A stretch of DNA of 32,736 nucleotides from NCBI GenBank assembly GCA_016839445.1, contig JAEOUG010000102.1:1-32736 (forward strand). Reading direction: 5' to 3'. Under the pieces are notes generated by a model. The model was not told the DNA's origin, made no database searches, and worked only from the letters and a program-made list of their open reading frames with translations. This DNA is from Candidatus Thorarchaeota archaeon. GTDB taxonomy: Archaea > Asgardarchaeota > Thorarchaeia > Thorarchaeales > Thorarchaeaceae. Shown here in pieces: positions 1-9,527 of this stretch; position 1 is the stretch's first letter; each line of letters opens with the position of its first letter. A program made the position numbers and the translations under genes.

Positions 1-613
1 CCTTGGCTCCCGCTGCGACAGCAGAGAGGAAGCACTCGTCATGTCCTATGATCACAGGAATCTTACCTTCGAGCTTCTGAATCAGCTCGACCGTGTGTCC
101 TATGTTGCCGCTGCTATCCTTGATTCCTACGATGTTGTCCAGCTCGGCCAGGTCTTCCACGACATTGGAATTCAGGACACCGAGTGTGCACTGAGGGATA
201 TTGTAGAGAATCACGGGCAGATCGGCCTTCGAGGCAACTGTCGCATAGTGCTCGTAGTAGCCTTTGTCCTCTGGCCGGAGGTAGTACGGAGACACCACGA
301 GTGCAGCGTCGCAGCCAATGTCAGCCGCATACTTGGTCAGCAGGACAGTAGCCTTCGTGCTATGCTGTCCAGTCCCAGCCACAATTGGGACCCGCCCGTC
401 AACGAACTCTACGGCAAGTTTCAGAAGCTTCTTCCGCTCTTCTGTCCGCATGTAAGAGAACTCGCCTGTTGTACCGGCAGGAACCACACCGGTAGCGCCC
501 TTGCTGATCGTATAGTCGATCACTTCTTTGAAGCCTTGCTCATCTATGTCGCCATCACGCGTGAAAGGCGTCACCAGTGCAGGCATAACTCCTTGCGGTG
601 TGAACTTCCTCAC
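1..613 (-). CDS. dapA: Dihydrodipicolinate synthase (DapA/NAL) family aldolase, 5' part; runs off the window start
   Basis: Not in the ORF track because it is truncated. My translation from GTG at 613 (GGTGA RBS upstream): MRKFTPQGVMPALVTPFTRDGDIDEQGF...VPAGTTGEF...SPYYLRP...ILYNIPQCT...IVGIKDSSGN. It contains the family motifs GTTGE, PYY, YNIP and the Schiff-base Lys in GIKDSSG. Confidence 0.9.
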   Translation of the reverse strand, partial: MRKFTPQGVMPALVTPFTRDGDIDEQGFKEVIDYTISKGATGVVPAGTTGEFSYMRTEERKKLLKLAVEFVDGRVPIVAGTGQHSTKATVLLTKYAADIGCDAALVVSPYYLRPEDKGYYEHYATVASKADLPVILYNIPQCTLGVLNSNVVEDLAELDNIVGIKDSSGNIGHTVELIQKLEGKIPVIIGHDECFLSAVAAGAK

Positions 614-679
614 GGAATCACCGACACTTCGGGCAGTTGGGTCGGTATAAATGGCCTTCGTTTGACACCGTTTCCGTAC

Positions 680-1648
680 TCATGCCAGAGTGACTGGTTC
701 TTTGCTGTGTTCTGATCTCGGTCTGTAGAGAGTGATCGCCTCAGCCAGTGCGAAGAAGATGTATAGCCATGTTGGCACTGCAAAGGCAAGAGCCCATGGA
801 AGCAACAGGAATTCTCCACCACCGAACCACGCCCATAGGAAGAAGTTCCCGAGTCCGAGGGAGGGCAGTGACCATAGCATTAGGACACCCTTGCACTTCC
901 GTCGCAGGAAGAGGCTGTGAGCACAGAGAAGAGGAACGAACAAAGGAACCAAGTAGAAGACGATGAGCAGCGTGAACCCATTGTAGGGACTGTCAGGGTC
1001 CCACCGCTCGGCAATTGAGAGCGCAACCACGGTGGTAATGGCCACTGACTGAAGCACGAGCGTGACCGCTGTCGCGCTCCTCAGGAAGCCCAACCATCTG
1101 GCTGGCTCATAGACCTCATCCCCTGTTTCGAGTCCTACTCGGGGTGCTTCAACCTGATGCCGCCTTCTCCTGGCAATGGCTACAGAAGCAACACCGATGA
1201 GGCTGAATGCACCAATCTCAGATCCGAAGAACAGGTTCCTCCCCATGATCTGAAGTGGGCTCACACTGTTACAGGAAGCTGACACGCGGATTGACTGGCT
1301 TGACTCTTCGCTGACGATGACTCCACACCACCTTCCATCTTGCGGAGCCTGAATACTCCAGGAACGAGAACGCACTCCTGAAACGAAATCATAGCGAATC
1401 GCAGAGCCGCCTTCACGCCAGATCGCGAGATTGGCTTCGTCACATATGAAGAACTGGACCGTTCCATCGGTGAGCAGGTGGAACTCCCCGTAGAAGACAT
1501 CACTTGCTTTGCATTGCAGAGAAACGCTCAGGTATTCACCAGGATCAACCCAGGCCACGACCATGTAAGCGGCAGGGCGGAGTTGCGGTTCTGGGACCGA
1601 CTGCAACGCAGCCGCCAATGTGAATGAAAAGGGCAAGAGAATAAGCAA
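680..1648 (-). CDS. Membrane protein: signal peptide, GOLD/emp24-like beta-sandwich, about 5 TM helices (paralog 1)
   Basis: Hydrophobic N-terminus, a beta-rich domain (FFICDEAN...W...SWSIQAPQDGRW), then several hydrophobic helices. Collinear with 1832..2860. The start may be an in-frame CTG at 1672 after a GGTGG RBS, giving MKRIAGLFLLILL. The GOLD assignment is inference. Confidence 0.7.
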   Translation of the reverse strand: MLILLPFSFTLAAALQSVPEPQLRPAAYMVVAWVDPGEYLSVSLQCKASDVFYGEFHLLTDGTVQFFICDEANLAIWREGGSAIRYDFVSGVRSRSWSIQAPQDGRWCGVIVSEESSQSIRVSASCNSVSPLQIMGRNLFFGSEIGAFSLIGVASVAIARRRRHQVEAPRVGLETGDEVYEPARWLGFLRSATAVTLVLQSVAITTVVALSIAERWDPDSPYNGFTLLIVFYLVPLFVPLLCAHSLFLRRKCKGVLMLWSLPSLGLGNFFLWAWFGGGEFLLLPWALAFAVPTWLYIFFALAEAITLYRPRSEHSKEPVTLA

Positions 1649-1831
1649 GAACAGCCCTGCAATCCTCTTCAGTTTCCAACCACCGTTCTAGCCTCTGACA
1701 TGGAGGGCTAAGTGTGTTGCGTAAGAATCACAGGATGGTTTCAGTCGGACTCACATCGAAGCCACTATACTCATCCTCACAGTGATCATTACGACCCTGC
1801 GTAGAATGGCAATCCCCACCTGCCCGATGGA

Positions 1832-2860
1832 TCAGGCAGAGGACACTGCACTTGAAGTTCCTGAGAAGAACCCGAGTGGATATATCAGTGTCATTCCCAA
1901 GTAGGCAAGAACTAACCAGCTGGGGAGCAAGTAGCTAAGAACCCAGACCAGAATGATAGATGAACCATAGCCCCCACTCGCAAACCAAGCCCAGAGGTAG
2001 AAGTTGCCGAAGAACATGCAGGCAAGATACCATAGGAGAAGATGACGCCCACACCGTTTCCTCTGCATCAGCCTCCGGGCCGCATACAGTGGAACCAGCA
2101 GGGGGAAGAGGTAGACGACCCCGAGGAGGTTCAGTCCATTCAGGGAGTCTTCTGGATTCCATCTCTCGGCAATCACAAGGAATAGACAGACTGCTATGGA
2201 TGCAGACTGGACTACGAGCACTCCACCGAGACCGCGACCGAACCTCAGAAGGCGTCCGTAAGGTACCTCTCTCTTCTGGGCCGGATCCGAGTCGGCTCGT
2301 AGACTGTCAGGAGTCCAATACCTTGAGCGCACCATCATGACGGAGGCAACGCCAACAGCGATGAAGACCGCCAACTCGGCAACCACAATAGCATTCCGGA
2401 CAAGGATAGCTGAGGAACTAACGGAATAGAAGCTGGCCCAGACACGGACCGTTATGCCCGAGTCTGTGTTAGCAAACACGGCAATCCACCGACCGTCGTG
2501 GGGAACTTGGAACTTCCATGAGTGGGAAGTGACTCCTGTGGTGTTGCCGAAGACAACCGCAGGATGGCCGTCTGCCCACTGATCGAAGTTGGCCTCGTCG
2601 CATATGAAGAAATCAATGGCCCCCTCAGTTCTGAGGCTCAGCTCTCCGTAGAAGATGTCGTGCTCCTGACACTGCCTTGACACCCGGGACGATTCGCCGG
2701 GGTCAATCCAGGTCAAGGTTGAATCGTCGGGAAGGAGCACTCCGCTGGCCGACCCTGTGATTGACGCTGAGACAGTCGGCAGCAGCAGTGCGCACATCGT
2801 CAGCCAGCACAGGGCGGCAAGCCCCTTCCTAATTGCGACCACCGCTTGCGATTGGACCAC
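1832..2860 (-). CDS. Membrane protein: signal peptide, GOLD/emp24-like beta-sandwich, about 5 TM helices (paralog 2)
   Basis: Shares WxDPGE, DxFYGE, FFICDEAN, PxDGRW, GVASV, IAERWxP and GNFxLWAWF blocks with 680..1648, which supports coding status for both. Confidence 0.75.
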   Translation of the reverse strand: MVQSQAVVAIRKGLAALCWLTMCALLLPTVSASITGSASGVLLPDDSTLTWIDPGESSRVSRQCQEHDIFYGELSLRTEGAIDFFICDEANFDQWADGHPAVVFGNTTGVTSHSWKFQVPHDGRWIAVFANTDSGITVRVWASFYSVSSSAILVRNAIVVAELAVFIAVGVASVMMVRSRYWTPDSLRADSDPAQKREVPYGRLLRFGRGLGGVLVVQSASIAVCLFLVIAERWNPEDSLNGLNLLGVVYLFPLLVPLYAARRLMQRKRCGRHLLLWYLACMFFGNFYLWAWFASGGYGSSIILVWVLSYLLPSWLVLAYLGMTLIYPLGFFSGTSSAVSSA

Positions 2861-2961
2861 GGGTCATATCTGTCTTTTCGCTCAAGCACGAGTGCTCTGG
2901 GAAGTCCAGATGGCAAGAGGCAGAACGAAGTCGCTATATGCGCCCGAGGCGTTCTTCGTTC

Positions 2962-3279
2962 ATGGCTCGATACAGTCTTGTCCTTTCGACTTGTCCGTCC
3001 GATGCCGCTGAGAGCATCGCACTGGCACTGCTAAAGAAGCGCCTGTGTGCATGTGTCAATATCATTCCCAAGGTGCTCAGTCTCTACCATTGGAAGGGGA
3101 ACATAGAGAGAGAATCTGAGTCCCTTCTACTGATGAAGACGGAGGAGGCCAAGAAGGAGGTGCTCCTTGAAGCTCTACGAGAAGTCCACCCCTACGATGT
3201 ACCTGAGCTTGTGGTTCTGCCTATTGAGTGGGGCTCAAGAGACTACCTTGAGTGGATATCTGAGAGTGTCAATCTGTAG
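2962..3279 (+). CDS. cutA: Divalent cation tolerance protein CutA
   Basis: From ATG 2962: ...LCACVNIIPKVLSLYHWKGNIERESE...HPYDVPELVVLPI...YLEWI, the classic CutA motifs; 105 aa. Confidence 0.93.
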   Translation: MARYSLVLSTCPSDAAESIALALLKKRLCACVNIIPKVLSLYHWKGNIERESESLLLMKTEEAKKEVLLEALREVHPYDVPELVVLPIEWGSRDYLEWISESVNL

Positions 3280-3287
3280 GCCCCTTT

Positions 3288-5732
3288 CTATGCGATATCG
3301 GCCCTTCGAGCCGCGTAGACCAGGGACTCGTTGAAGTACTTCCCAACTATCTCACAGATGGCAGGACCGACAACATAGTTGATCTCACCAGGAAGCATCT
3401 CTTTGAGATTGGTCTTGGATGTCAGCCTCCCTTTCCGCTTGAGAATGCCTACTTCCCGCTCGATCTGAGCTTTCGCTTTGTCCCATGGCATCGGTTCTGC
3501 GCCTTTGCCGGCTCCAATGAGACCATCCTTGATCTCAAACATCCCCTGCATGATGAAGACTGACAAGTTGTCCATGTCGTTCGCAGCCTTGATGAAGCTC
3601 GTGCCGTGCTGTGGGCACTTCGCTGTGACAGCTCCACAAGCGGAGCAGATGTTACGACCCCGGTTTGTTCTAACATAGTAGGAGAGCAGGTTGGCGCACT
3701 TCGCGTTGTCATTCGGCGTCCACTCGAGACCCTTCGAACCAACTCTGCCAATGGCACGAAAGACTGTGGCAGCCTTGTTATGCAGGTACATCAGAACATC
3801 GATGAGTTCCTTCTTTGACTCGATGGCGGCTTTCTCCTTCTGCTTCGCCTCGAAGGCATACTCCTCCTTGGCCATCTTCTCGATTCGTTCCTGCCTCAGG
3901 AAGCGCTGCATGATGTCAAATGCGATAGCGTAGTTGTCATACTCTAGGCCAGACAAGTCTAGTGACTGACCGCCAATGCTCTCAAAGACAGGACTCGGAG
4001 TGCTCTCAAGATCCTTGCCTGCTGCTATCATGTCCTTGTTTGAGAAGCGAGCATGCATCCAGGTGCATATCGTGGTTGCATCGAACTCGGGATAGAGGAC
4101 TTTCATCTCATAGATACGCATGGAGGCGAGATCAATGAGAATCTCCTCGCGGAGGAATTGCATCGAGGTCTCTGTATCCTCGTATATGCTCTTGAGGAGG
4201 GCCTTGATGCGCAGGAGGTCCTGTTTGCTACGAATGTAGGACTCGACAACCCTTGTCAGGTTAGTAAGGATGCTGATTGTGAAGTGCCAGATGAGGTCCA
4301 TCTTGATTGAGAGAATGGCTTCTTCCTCGGTTCTCTGCTGGCTGAAGTCCTTTGCACTCGAAATGCCCAGAGTGCTCAGAGCCCCGCTCTTCACTTGCTC
4401 CCTGATGTCAAGAAGCCGCTTCATCTCGTCGGGCGGTGGAACCCTCGTCTTCTGCCTTAGTTCTCGAAGAACTTCGTTTTCGATACCTACGTATGTTGAC
4501 TCATCACGAGTAAGAAGATCAACAGTAATCTTGTCTAGCTCTTCGGCACGGAGCCCCCGGGCACGAAGCATTCCTTTGACGGGCTTGTCCAGAAGGTGCT
4601 CAAGTTTCTCTACAGTCTTCAGAGATCGCTCGAGCATCTCTAGTTCATCTTTGCTCACCTCTGGACCACGGTCCCTTGGTGCAGAAGTGGCACCCAGTGC
4701 TTTCAGAGAAGAGCCTATTGCGGTGTAGTCGGCCACTCCCCTTCTTCGAAGCTGGGCGCGAAGGTCATCGTCTTCAATCCCGAGGTACGCGGACAGCACA
4801 TCAAGGGTAATCTGCGGCTCTTTCAGGAGCTCGTCAGCAACGGGCCCTGTGACTACGCCGCCCAGTCTAGCTTCATATTCTTCAATGGTTGTTGGCGTGT
4901 CAAACTCCTGCTCCAGAGCTTCAAGCATAGCCAGACGGAGCTTGTGCGCGATGATGATTGCCTGCAAGTCTGCTCTGGGTCGACAGAACCTTCCAGCAAT
5001 TGCAGCTGTAACTGCATTCCAGCTGGCAGCAGATACCTGGAGCGCCGATAGATGGCCCTTGGCGTACTCAGCTCTACCGAAGATGGTCTCGAGCCCCATT
5101 CGTAAGATTGACGTTTCGGGAACCTCGGACGGATGCTCACGGAGCAGTTCCTCCCTGAGAGACATTGCGCTCTCCTTGAGCCCAGAAGCCTTGGCGTAGA
5201 GCTCCTTCCTCCACTGTGGCCCCCATCCAGCTAGCTCGATGATGAGGTCAATATCCTGGTTAGGGGAGTATTCAGCCGGTATGTGCCCCAAGTACTCTCT
5301 CAGGATAGCGAGAGCCTTCTCGTGGACGCCATCGTCATTCGGAGACTTCTCTGCCAGATCCTCACATAGCCGTATTGTAAGTTCGCTCAGGATTCGAGAG
5401 ACATCAATCTCCTCTCTCTGTTTATTCCCAAGCATTTGCCTGACTTCAAGCTCCAGCTGACGGCGTTCCTCGTCTCCTAATTCATCTCTCCCTTCCGCAG
5501 TTAGCTCCGGAGCGTCTTCTGGGCTGAGCAGCCGAATTCCCTGATAGCTGTGGAGGTAGAACGCTGCGAAGAAAGAGAACACATCCTCTAGCGGCTGCGT
5601 CTCACGCAGAATCGTTTCGAATAGCTGTCGGTCCCTAGTACTTCTCATGTGAGTAGCAAGTGCTTCACGGAGTAGTATCTCCTTACCAGCTTCTGACATC
5701 TGCCGAGTTTTCAGAATCCATGTACTAGACAC
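3288..5732 (-). CDS. Large hypothetical alpha-helical protein (814 aa) with a C-terminal CxxC-x6-CxxH putative Zn site
   Basis: Long ORF with a GAGGTGA RBS overlapping the stop of the upstream gene. It is E/L/R/K-rich and contains the motif CSACGAVTAKCPQHG. No enzyme motif recognised. Confidence 0.85.
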   Translation of the reverse strand: MSSTWILKTRQMSEAGKEILLREALATHMRSTRDRQLFETILRETQPLEDVFSFFAAFYLHSYQGIRLLSPEDAPELTAEGRDELGDEERRQLELEVRQMLGNKQREEIDVSRILSELTIRLCEDLAEKSPNDDGVHEKALAILREYLGHIPAEYSPNQDIDLIIELAGWGPQWRKELYAKASGLKESAMSLREELLREHPSEVPETSILRMGLETIFGRAEYAKGHLSALQVSAASWNAVTAAIAGRFCRPRADLQAIIIAHKLRLAMLEALEQEFDTPTTIEEYEARLGGVVTGPVADELLKEPQITLDVLSAYLGIEDDDLRAQLRRRGVADYTAIGSSLKALGATSAPRDRGPEVSKDELEMLERSLKTVEKLEHLLDKPVKGMLRARGLRAEELDKITVDLLTRDESTYVGIENEVLRELRQKTRVPPPDEMKRLLDIREQVKSGALSTLGISSAKDFSQQRTEEEAILSIKMDLIWHFTISILTNLTRVVESYIRSKQDLLRIKALLKSIYEDTETSMQFLREEILIDLASMRIYEMKVLYPEFDATTICTWMHARFSNKDMIAAGKDLESTPSPVFESIGGQSLDLSGLEYDNYAIAFDIMQRFLRQERIEKMAKEEYAFEAKQKEKAAIESKKELIDVLMYLHNKAATVFRAIGRVGSKGLEWTPNDNAKCANLLSYYVRTNRGRNICSACGAVTAKCPQHGTSFIKAANDMDNLSVFIMQGMFEIKDGLIGAGKGAEPMPWDKAKAQIEREVGILKRKGRLTSKTNLKEMLPGEINYVVGPAICEIVGKYFNESLVYAARRADIA

Positions 5733-5738
5733 TCATAA

Positions 5739-8402
5739 TCACCTCAGAGATGTGCTCCCAATTGACACGGACAGGGTGTCACCGAAGTGTTTGTAGCTCA
5801 CAAGATATACGAGATCGGGGGACTTCGGGTCTCTGAGATATACCCGTGAGACACGAGGTAGCAGTCCTCCTAGACGACGGACCCGTGACTGCATTATGTG
5901 ATCGAACAAGCCCGTTCCGATATCTATGCTGACGGATTTCGCTGCTTCCATTCCTTCAGCTTGGAGACGAAGAACCCTTCTGGCAAAGAGGTCCTCCATG
6001 GACTTCTCCCGGTCCTTCATGTCAGCCAGCTTGCCGTCGAGAAGGTCTCTCAAGCCGGTGTATCTTGTGAGAAGCGAGTCAGGTTCCGGCTTCGCTGGTA
6101 CTGCCTTTGCTTCCTCCGCAGGGTACTGGTCCTCTATCTCCTTAAGCCTTGGGCCAATAGGTGCCGGCTTGGCGGGTTCAACGGGCGGAGGACCAAGATC
6201 AGGCTTCGTATCAGCGTCGAGTCCTTCAGCACCTTCAGGGACATCCGGTTCAGGAACCCTCACGCTCTGAACACGCCTCTGTTGCATCAAGTCCTGGTAG
6301 TGCCGAAGCTTGGCCTCATATTCAATCAGTCTGGCGTCATGCTCTTCTTTCGCAACCCGGAGGAGTTCCTCGCGCTTCTCGTTATTGGCTCGTATCCTCT
6401 CATTCTCTGCCTCTATTCGTTCACGCTCTTCGTTCCACTCATTCAACCTCTTCTGGTATTCCTGTTCCATGAGGTCCGCCTCGGTCTTCACGCGGTCCGC
6501 CATAGCGCTGGGCGTGACTGCGGCGCCGAGTTTCTCGTGGACGAACTGGAGGAGGGAGAGCATGGCTTCTGGGGAGTCCAGAGCATCAATTCCTTCACCT
6601 CTGAAGTCACTCACCCAGTCTCTGGCTTCTGCCTTCCAGATGTCAGGCTTCTCTGCAGCGCCTTCCACAGCGTTTGACAGCACCTCCAGAACACTCGTGT
6701 TCTGCTCGACCATTTCATCAATCATGCGCCGGACGAGTGGCTTGGAGAGAATCGTATCTGCCACATCGGGAATCGTATCCGAGACTAGAGCCTCGAAAAT
6801 CTCAAGCATGTTCATCAGGGACCGGCCGTACTCTGTCAAATTGCCTGTGCCCTCTGGAACGCTGTGCTTCTTCTCTATTTCCGCCTTGGCAACTCGTGAA
6901 ACGTCGTCGAAACCAATCAGGCTCCAGACATCGGTCAGTCTGAAGACGTCTATCATTTCTCGAGTTACGGACTCCATCAGGCTCGAAAGCTCGTTGAATC
7001 TCCCACGTGAGTACTGCTGCTTTGCGAAGGCCGCCTCGAGCTGGGCTTTGACTTCACCATAGAATTTCTCGAAGAGTATCTGATCTGTGGAATCCATGTC
7101 CTCAGTGAGTACCTCCTTCCTGAACTCGGAGAGAGCTACCTGGAAAGCACTCCTAGCTGATGAAAGCACTAGGTACTGCTGAAGCTGGCCAATGAAATAC
7201 TGCGAGATTCGCTTTGCATGGTCTATCGAGTATCGTAGCGTGCTCTTGAGTTCCCAAGCCCGAATCTCATCACGTTGCAGGTTCTCTCGCGCTACTGATT
7301 TCATCATCTCCTCAGCCATGGCCTCAGCCATGCTCCGCGACCTGGCGGAGAGCTCTGAACTCTGTGCAACTGCAGAGAGGATTGCCTCTCGATGCCCGTC
7401 AATGCTTAGGGCCTTCCCAGACCCCACGTGGTCTTCGACTATGTGCTCAAGCCCAGTGACAGAGGATTGAAGCTGTTTTCCGAAGTCCGCTATGTCACCC
7501 TCAAGAGAGCTTAGCTCAGCAAGGGTGACTTGCTCTCGGTTCAAATGGCTCCTGAGAACCTCGATTGTGCTCTTGACAATGTCAGCCTCTTCTTGGGAGT
7601 ATGCGTATTCATTGAGCTCGCGGAGGATTGCCTGACCTGCCTCAGGCACATCGACAGTCAGCGCCTTGATTGCACTAGGAGTCAGGACCCTGTTCTCGAA
7701 CTCCTTAATCCCCGCCGCGGAGGAGGGGAGTCTGAACTCAAGTTCCTTCACAGAAGTCACCTTGGGCCCAGGAGGGAGAATCGTGAAATCGTCACGGATG
7801 TTCATCTTGGCCTCCAGATCGACATCAACACTGTCGGCCTTCACCTGCTGAGAATCCCACGAACCCTGAAATCGTCTGTCAATCATGTCAACGAAGAGCA
7901 CACTGTTTAGCCGATCCGCGAAGTCCCCCATGACAGCAAGTCCCTCGGGCTCGTATGTGATTTCGTTGTTGAGGATTGCCGTTTCCACATCGGCAATCTT
8001 CTTCGCCAAGACCTTCATGTAGGCATCTATCTTAAACGGGTCAACCACACCCTTCTCCCAAGTTAGGACGCATACGTGTGACCCAGTTCCGCCCTCAGAC
8101 CCACCGGCCACAACCAGCTGTTCTGGCACAATCTGCGGTCCCGGCTTTCTATCCAGATCCCACTCGATGGACAGCAGCTCTAGATTCTCTGCAGAGAGAA
8201 GAGTATCTCGTATCGAGAAGATCAGAGGCGCAATGTTCATCGAAGCGGTTTCAGAGTGCTCCTCCAGAACATTGCCTGTTCCGATGGCACTCCCAAGTGG
8301 ATAGCCCAGGCCGGTTGTCACTCCTAGTACAGACGCAGAAGCCATTCGAATAGCCTCTACTGTACTTGATGCCTGTGTTTCTCTGCGGTCTGTTCGGGCC
8401 AA
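5739..8402 (-). CDS. Large hypothetical protein (887 aa): putative N-terminal Roadblock/longin-like domain, helical body, long coiled coil with a Pro-rich insert
   Basis: Long ORF, TTG start with a GGAGG RBS. Coiled coil EQEYQKRLNEWNEERERIEAENERIR..., Pro-rich segment PDLGPPPVEPAKPAP, and a beta-rich C-terminus. The domain call is inference. Confidence 0.85.
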   Translation of the reverse strand: MARTDRRETQASSTVEAIRMASASVLGVTTGLGYPLGSAIGTGNVLEEHSETASMNIAPLIFSIRDTLLSAENLELLSIEWDLDRKPGPQIVPEQLVVAGGSEGGTGSHVCVLTWEKGVVDPFKIDAYMKVLAKKIADVETAILNNEITYEPEGLAVMGDFADRLNSVLFVDMIDRRFQGSWDSQQVKADSVDVDLEAKMNIRDDFTILPPGPKVTSVKELEFRLPSSAAGIKEFENRVLTPSAIKALTVDVPEAGQAILRELNEYAYSQEEADIVKSTIEVLRSHLNREQVTLAELSSLEGDIADFGKQLQSSVTGLEHIVEDHVGSGKALSIDGHREAILSAVAQSSELSARSRSMAEAMAEEMMKSVARENLQRDEIRAWELKSTLRYSIDHAKRISQYFIGQLQQYLVLSSARSAFQVALSEFRKEVLTEDMDSTDQILFEKFYGEVKAQLEAAFAKQQYSRGRFNELSSLMESVTREMIDVFRLTDVWSLIGFDDVSRVAKAEIEKKHSVPEGTGNLTEYGRSLMNMLEIFEALVSDTIPDVADTILSKPLVRRMIDEMVEQNTSVLEVLSNAVEGAAEKPDIWKAEARDWVSDFRGEGIDALDSPEAMLSLLQFVHEKLGAAVTPSAMADRVKTEADLMEQEYQKRLNEWNEERERIEAENERIRANNEKREELLRVAKEEHDARLIEYEAKLRHYQDLMQQRRVQSVRVPEPDVPEGAEGLDADTKPDLGPPPVEPAKPAPIGPRLKEIEDQYPAEEAKAVPAKPEPDSLLTRYTGLRDLLDGKLADMKDREKSMEDLFARRVLRLQAEGMEAAKSVSIDIGTGLFDHIMQSRVRRLGGLLPRVSRVYLRDPKSPDLVYLVSYKHFGDTLSVSIGSTSLR

Positions 8403-8517
8403 GGTTAGTCCTCCAGTCCTCCATGCGAGCTGCCCGAGGGCGAAATGACTCGCACTGGGTTTGGTCTAGGCTTCAGTCAGTACGCTGTCTTTTGAATATA
8501 GTTAGTCTAGCTTGGAA

Positions 8518-9468
8518 CTAAGCCTTGGTCCATACTCCATTGCCGAGGTCTCTGACCAAGCCTGCGTTCTTCAGCCCACGTAGAACGACAAGCACGGTTG
8601 TCGAGAGTAGTGAGTCCATCGTTTCCGGTACAGGAACGCTTCTTGCTCGTCGAATGTCAAATACAAGCTGCACGACATCAGCTTCCTCCCTTGCGCCCAG
8701 ATGTGACAGAATGGTGTCCTGCAGGTGAATCACGCCATCCTTGACCGCCTCTATCTGAAGCTTGACATCACGAAAGAGGTATGGGACGTCATGCGATGGG
8801 AGTAAGTAGTCGATTGAGAGCTTGGAGATGGTGTCGAGGGCAGCCCTCTTTGATACGATGCTCCCGCTCAAGTCAACGTAGAATTTCCTGGGATCATTGG
8901 GGTAGTTGTTCACTTCGTCGCCTGAGAAGAGTGCCTTGGTCTCAGGAGCATAGAAAGCGCAATGCCCAGCCGAGTGTCCCCTTGTGGCAACAACCCTAAC
9001 CTTGACTGCGCCCACAGAAATCTCGTCCCCAGATTCCAGCAGGTGATCTGGCTCAATGCCTCTGTAGTTGACACGCAAGGGACCTTTGTCCAGCTTCATC
9101 GCGAACCTTGCCGCTCGGTCCATAAGCAAGCGCTCGTTGAGGAACATCTGGGGATCGCGAAGCAGCTCTGCATCATCTCGATGAATCATCACGGGCGCGC
9201 CGCTATTCCTCTTGAGCCTGCCAGCACCACCAACGTGGTCTGGGTGTCCATGAGTGCAGAGAATTCCTACAAGGTTCTTCCTGACATCCAGTCCCAGGCT
9301 CTTCATCGCGTCGCCAATACGGTCCCCTCCTGGATCCCCTGCTGTTCCTGGGTCAATCACAAGGGCTTCCTCTCCGTCGACCAATAGGTAGCTTGAGATG
9401 AACCCGAATTCTCCAGCGAACTTGCCTCGGACCATGTGAATTCCAGGGACTATTTCGGATGATGCCAT
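8518..9468 (-). CDS. MBL-fold metallo-hydrolase
   Basis: Motifs IDPG, THGHPDHVGG (HxHxDH), GHSAGH, LFSGD and PSHD. The probable start is ATG 9468 (MASSEIVPGIH); the ORF track starts at 9519. Confidence 0.9.
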   Translation of the reverse strand: MASSEIVPGIHMVRGKFAGEFGFISSYLLVDGEEALVIDPGTAGDPGGDRIGDAMKSLGLDVRKNLVGILCTHGHPDHVGGAGRLKRNSGAPVMIHRDDAELLRDPQMFLNERLLMDRAARFAMKLDKGPLRVNYRGIEPDHLLESGDEISVGAVKVRVVATRGHSAGHCAFYAPETKALFSGDEVNNYPNDPRKFYVDLSGSIVSKRAALDTISKLSIDYLLPSHDVPYLFRDVKLQIEAVKDGVIHLQDTILSHLGAREEADVVQLVFDIRRARSVPVPETMDSLLSTTVLVVLRGLKNAGLVRDLGNGVWTKA

Positions 9469-9527
9469 GGTGTGCTCAGAACACTCCCAAGACCTTATGA
9501 CAATATCGTCAATATCCAAGCCAACAA

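Noticed and set aside
41-715. 224-aa plus-strand ORF
   Set aside because: It is the antisense shadow of the dapA-family gene, whose motifs are clear on the minus strand.
5898-7062. 259-aa and 250-aa plus-strand ORFs
   Set aside because: They are antisense to the 887-aa gene; their Ser/Phe/Leu-rich composition is what the reverse complement of E/K/R-rich codons produces.
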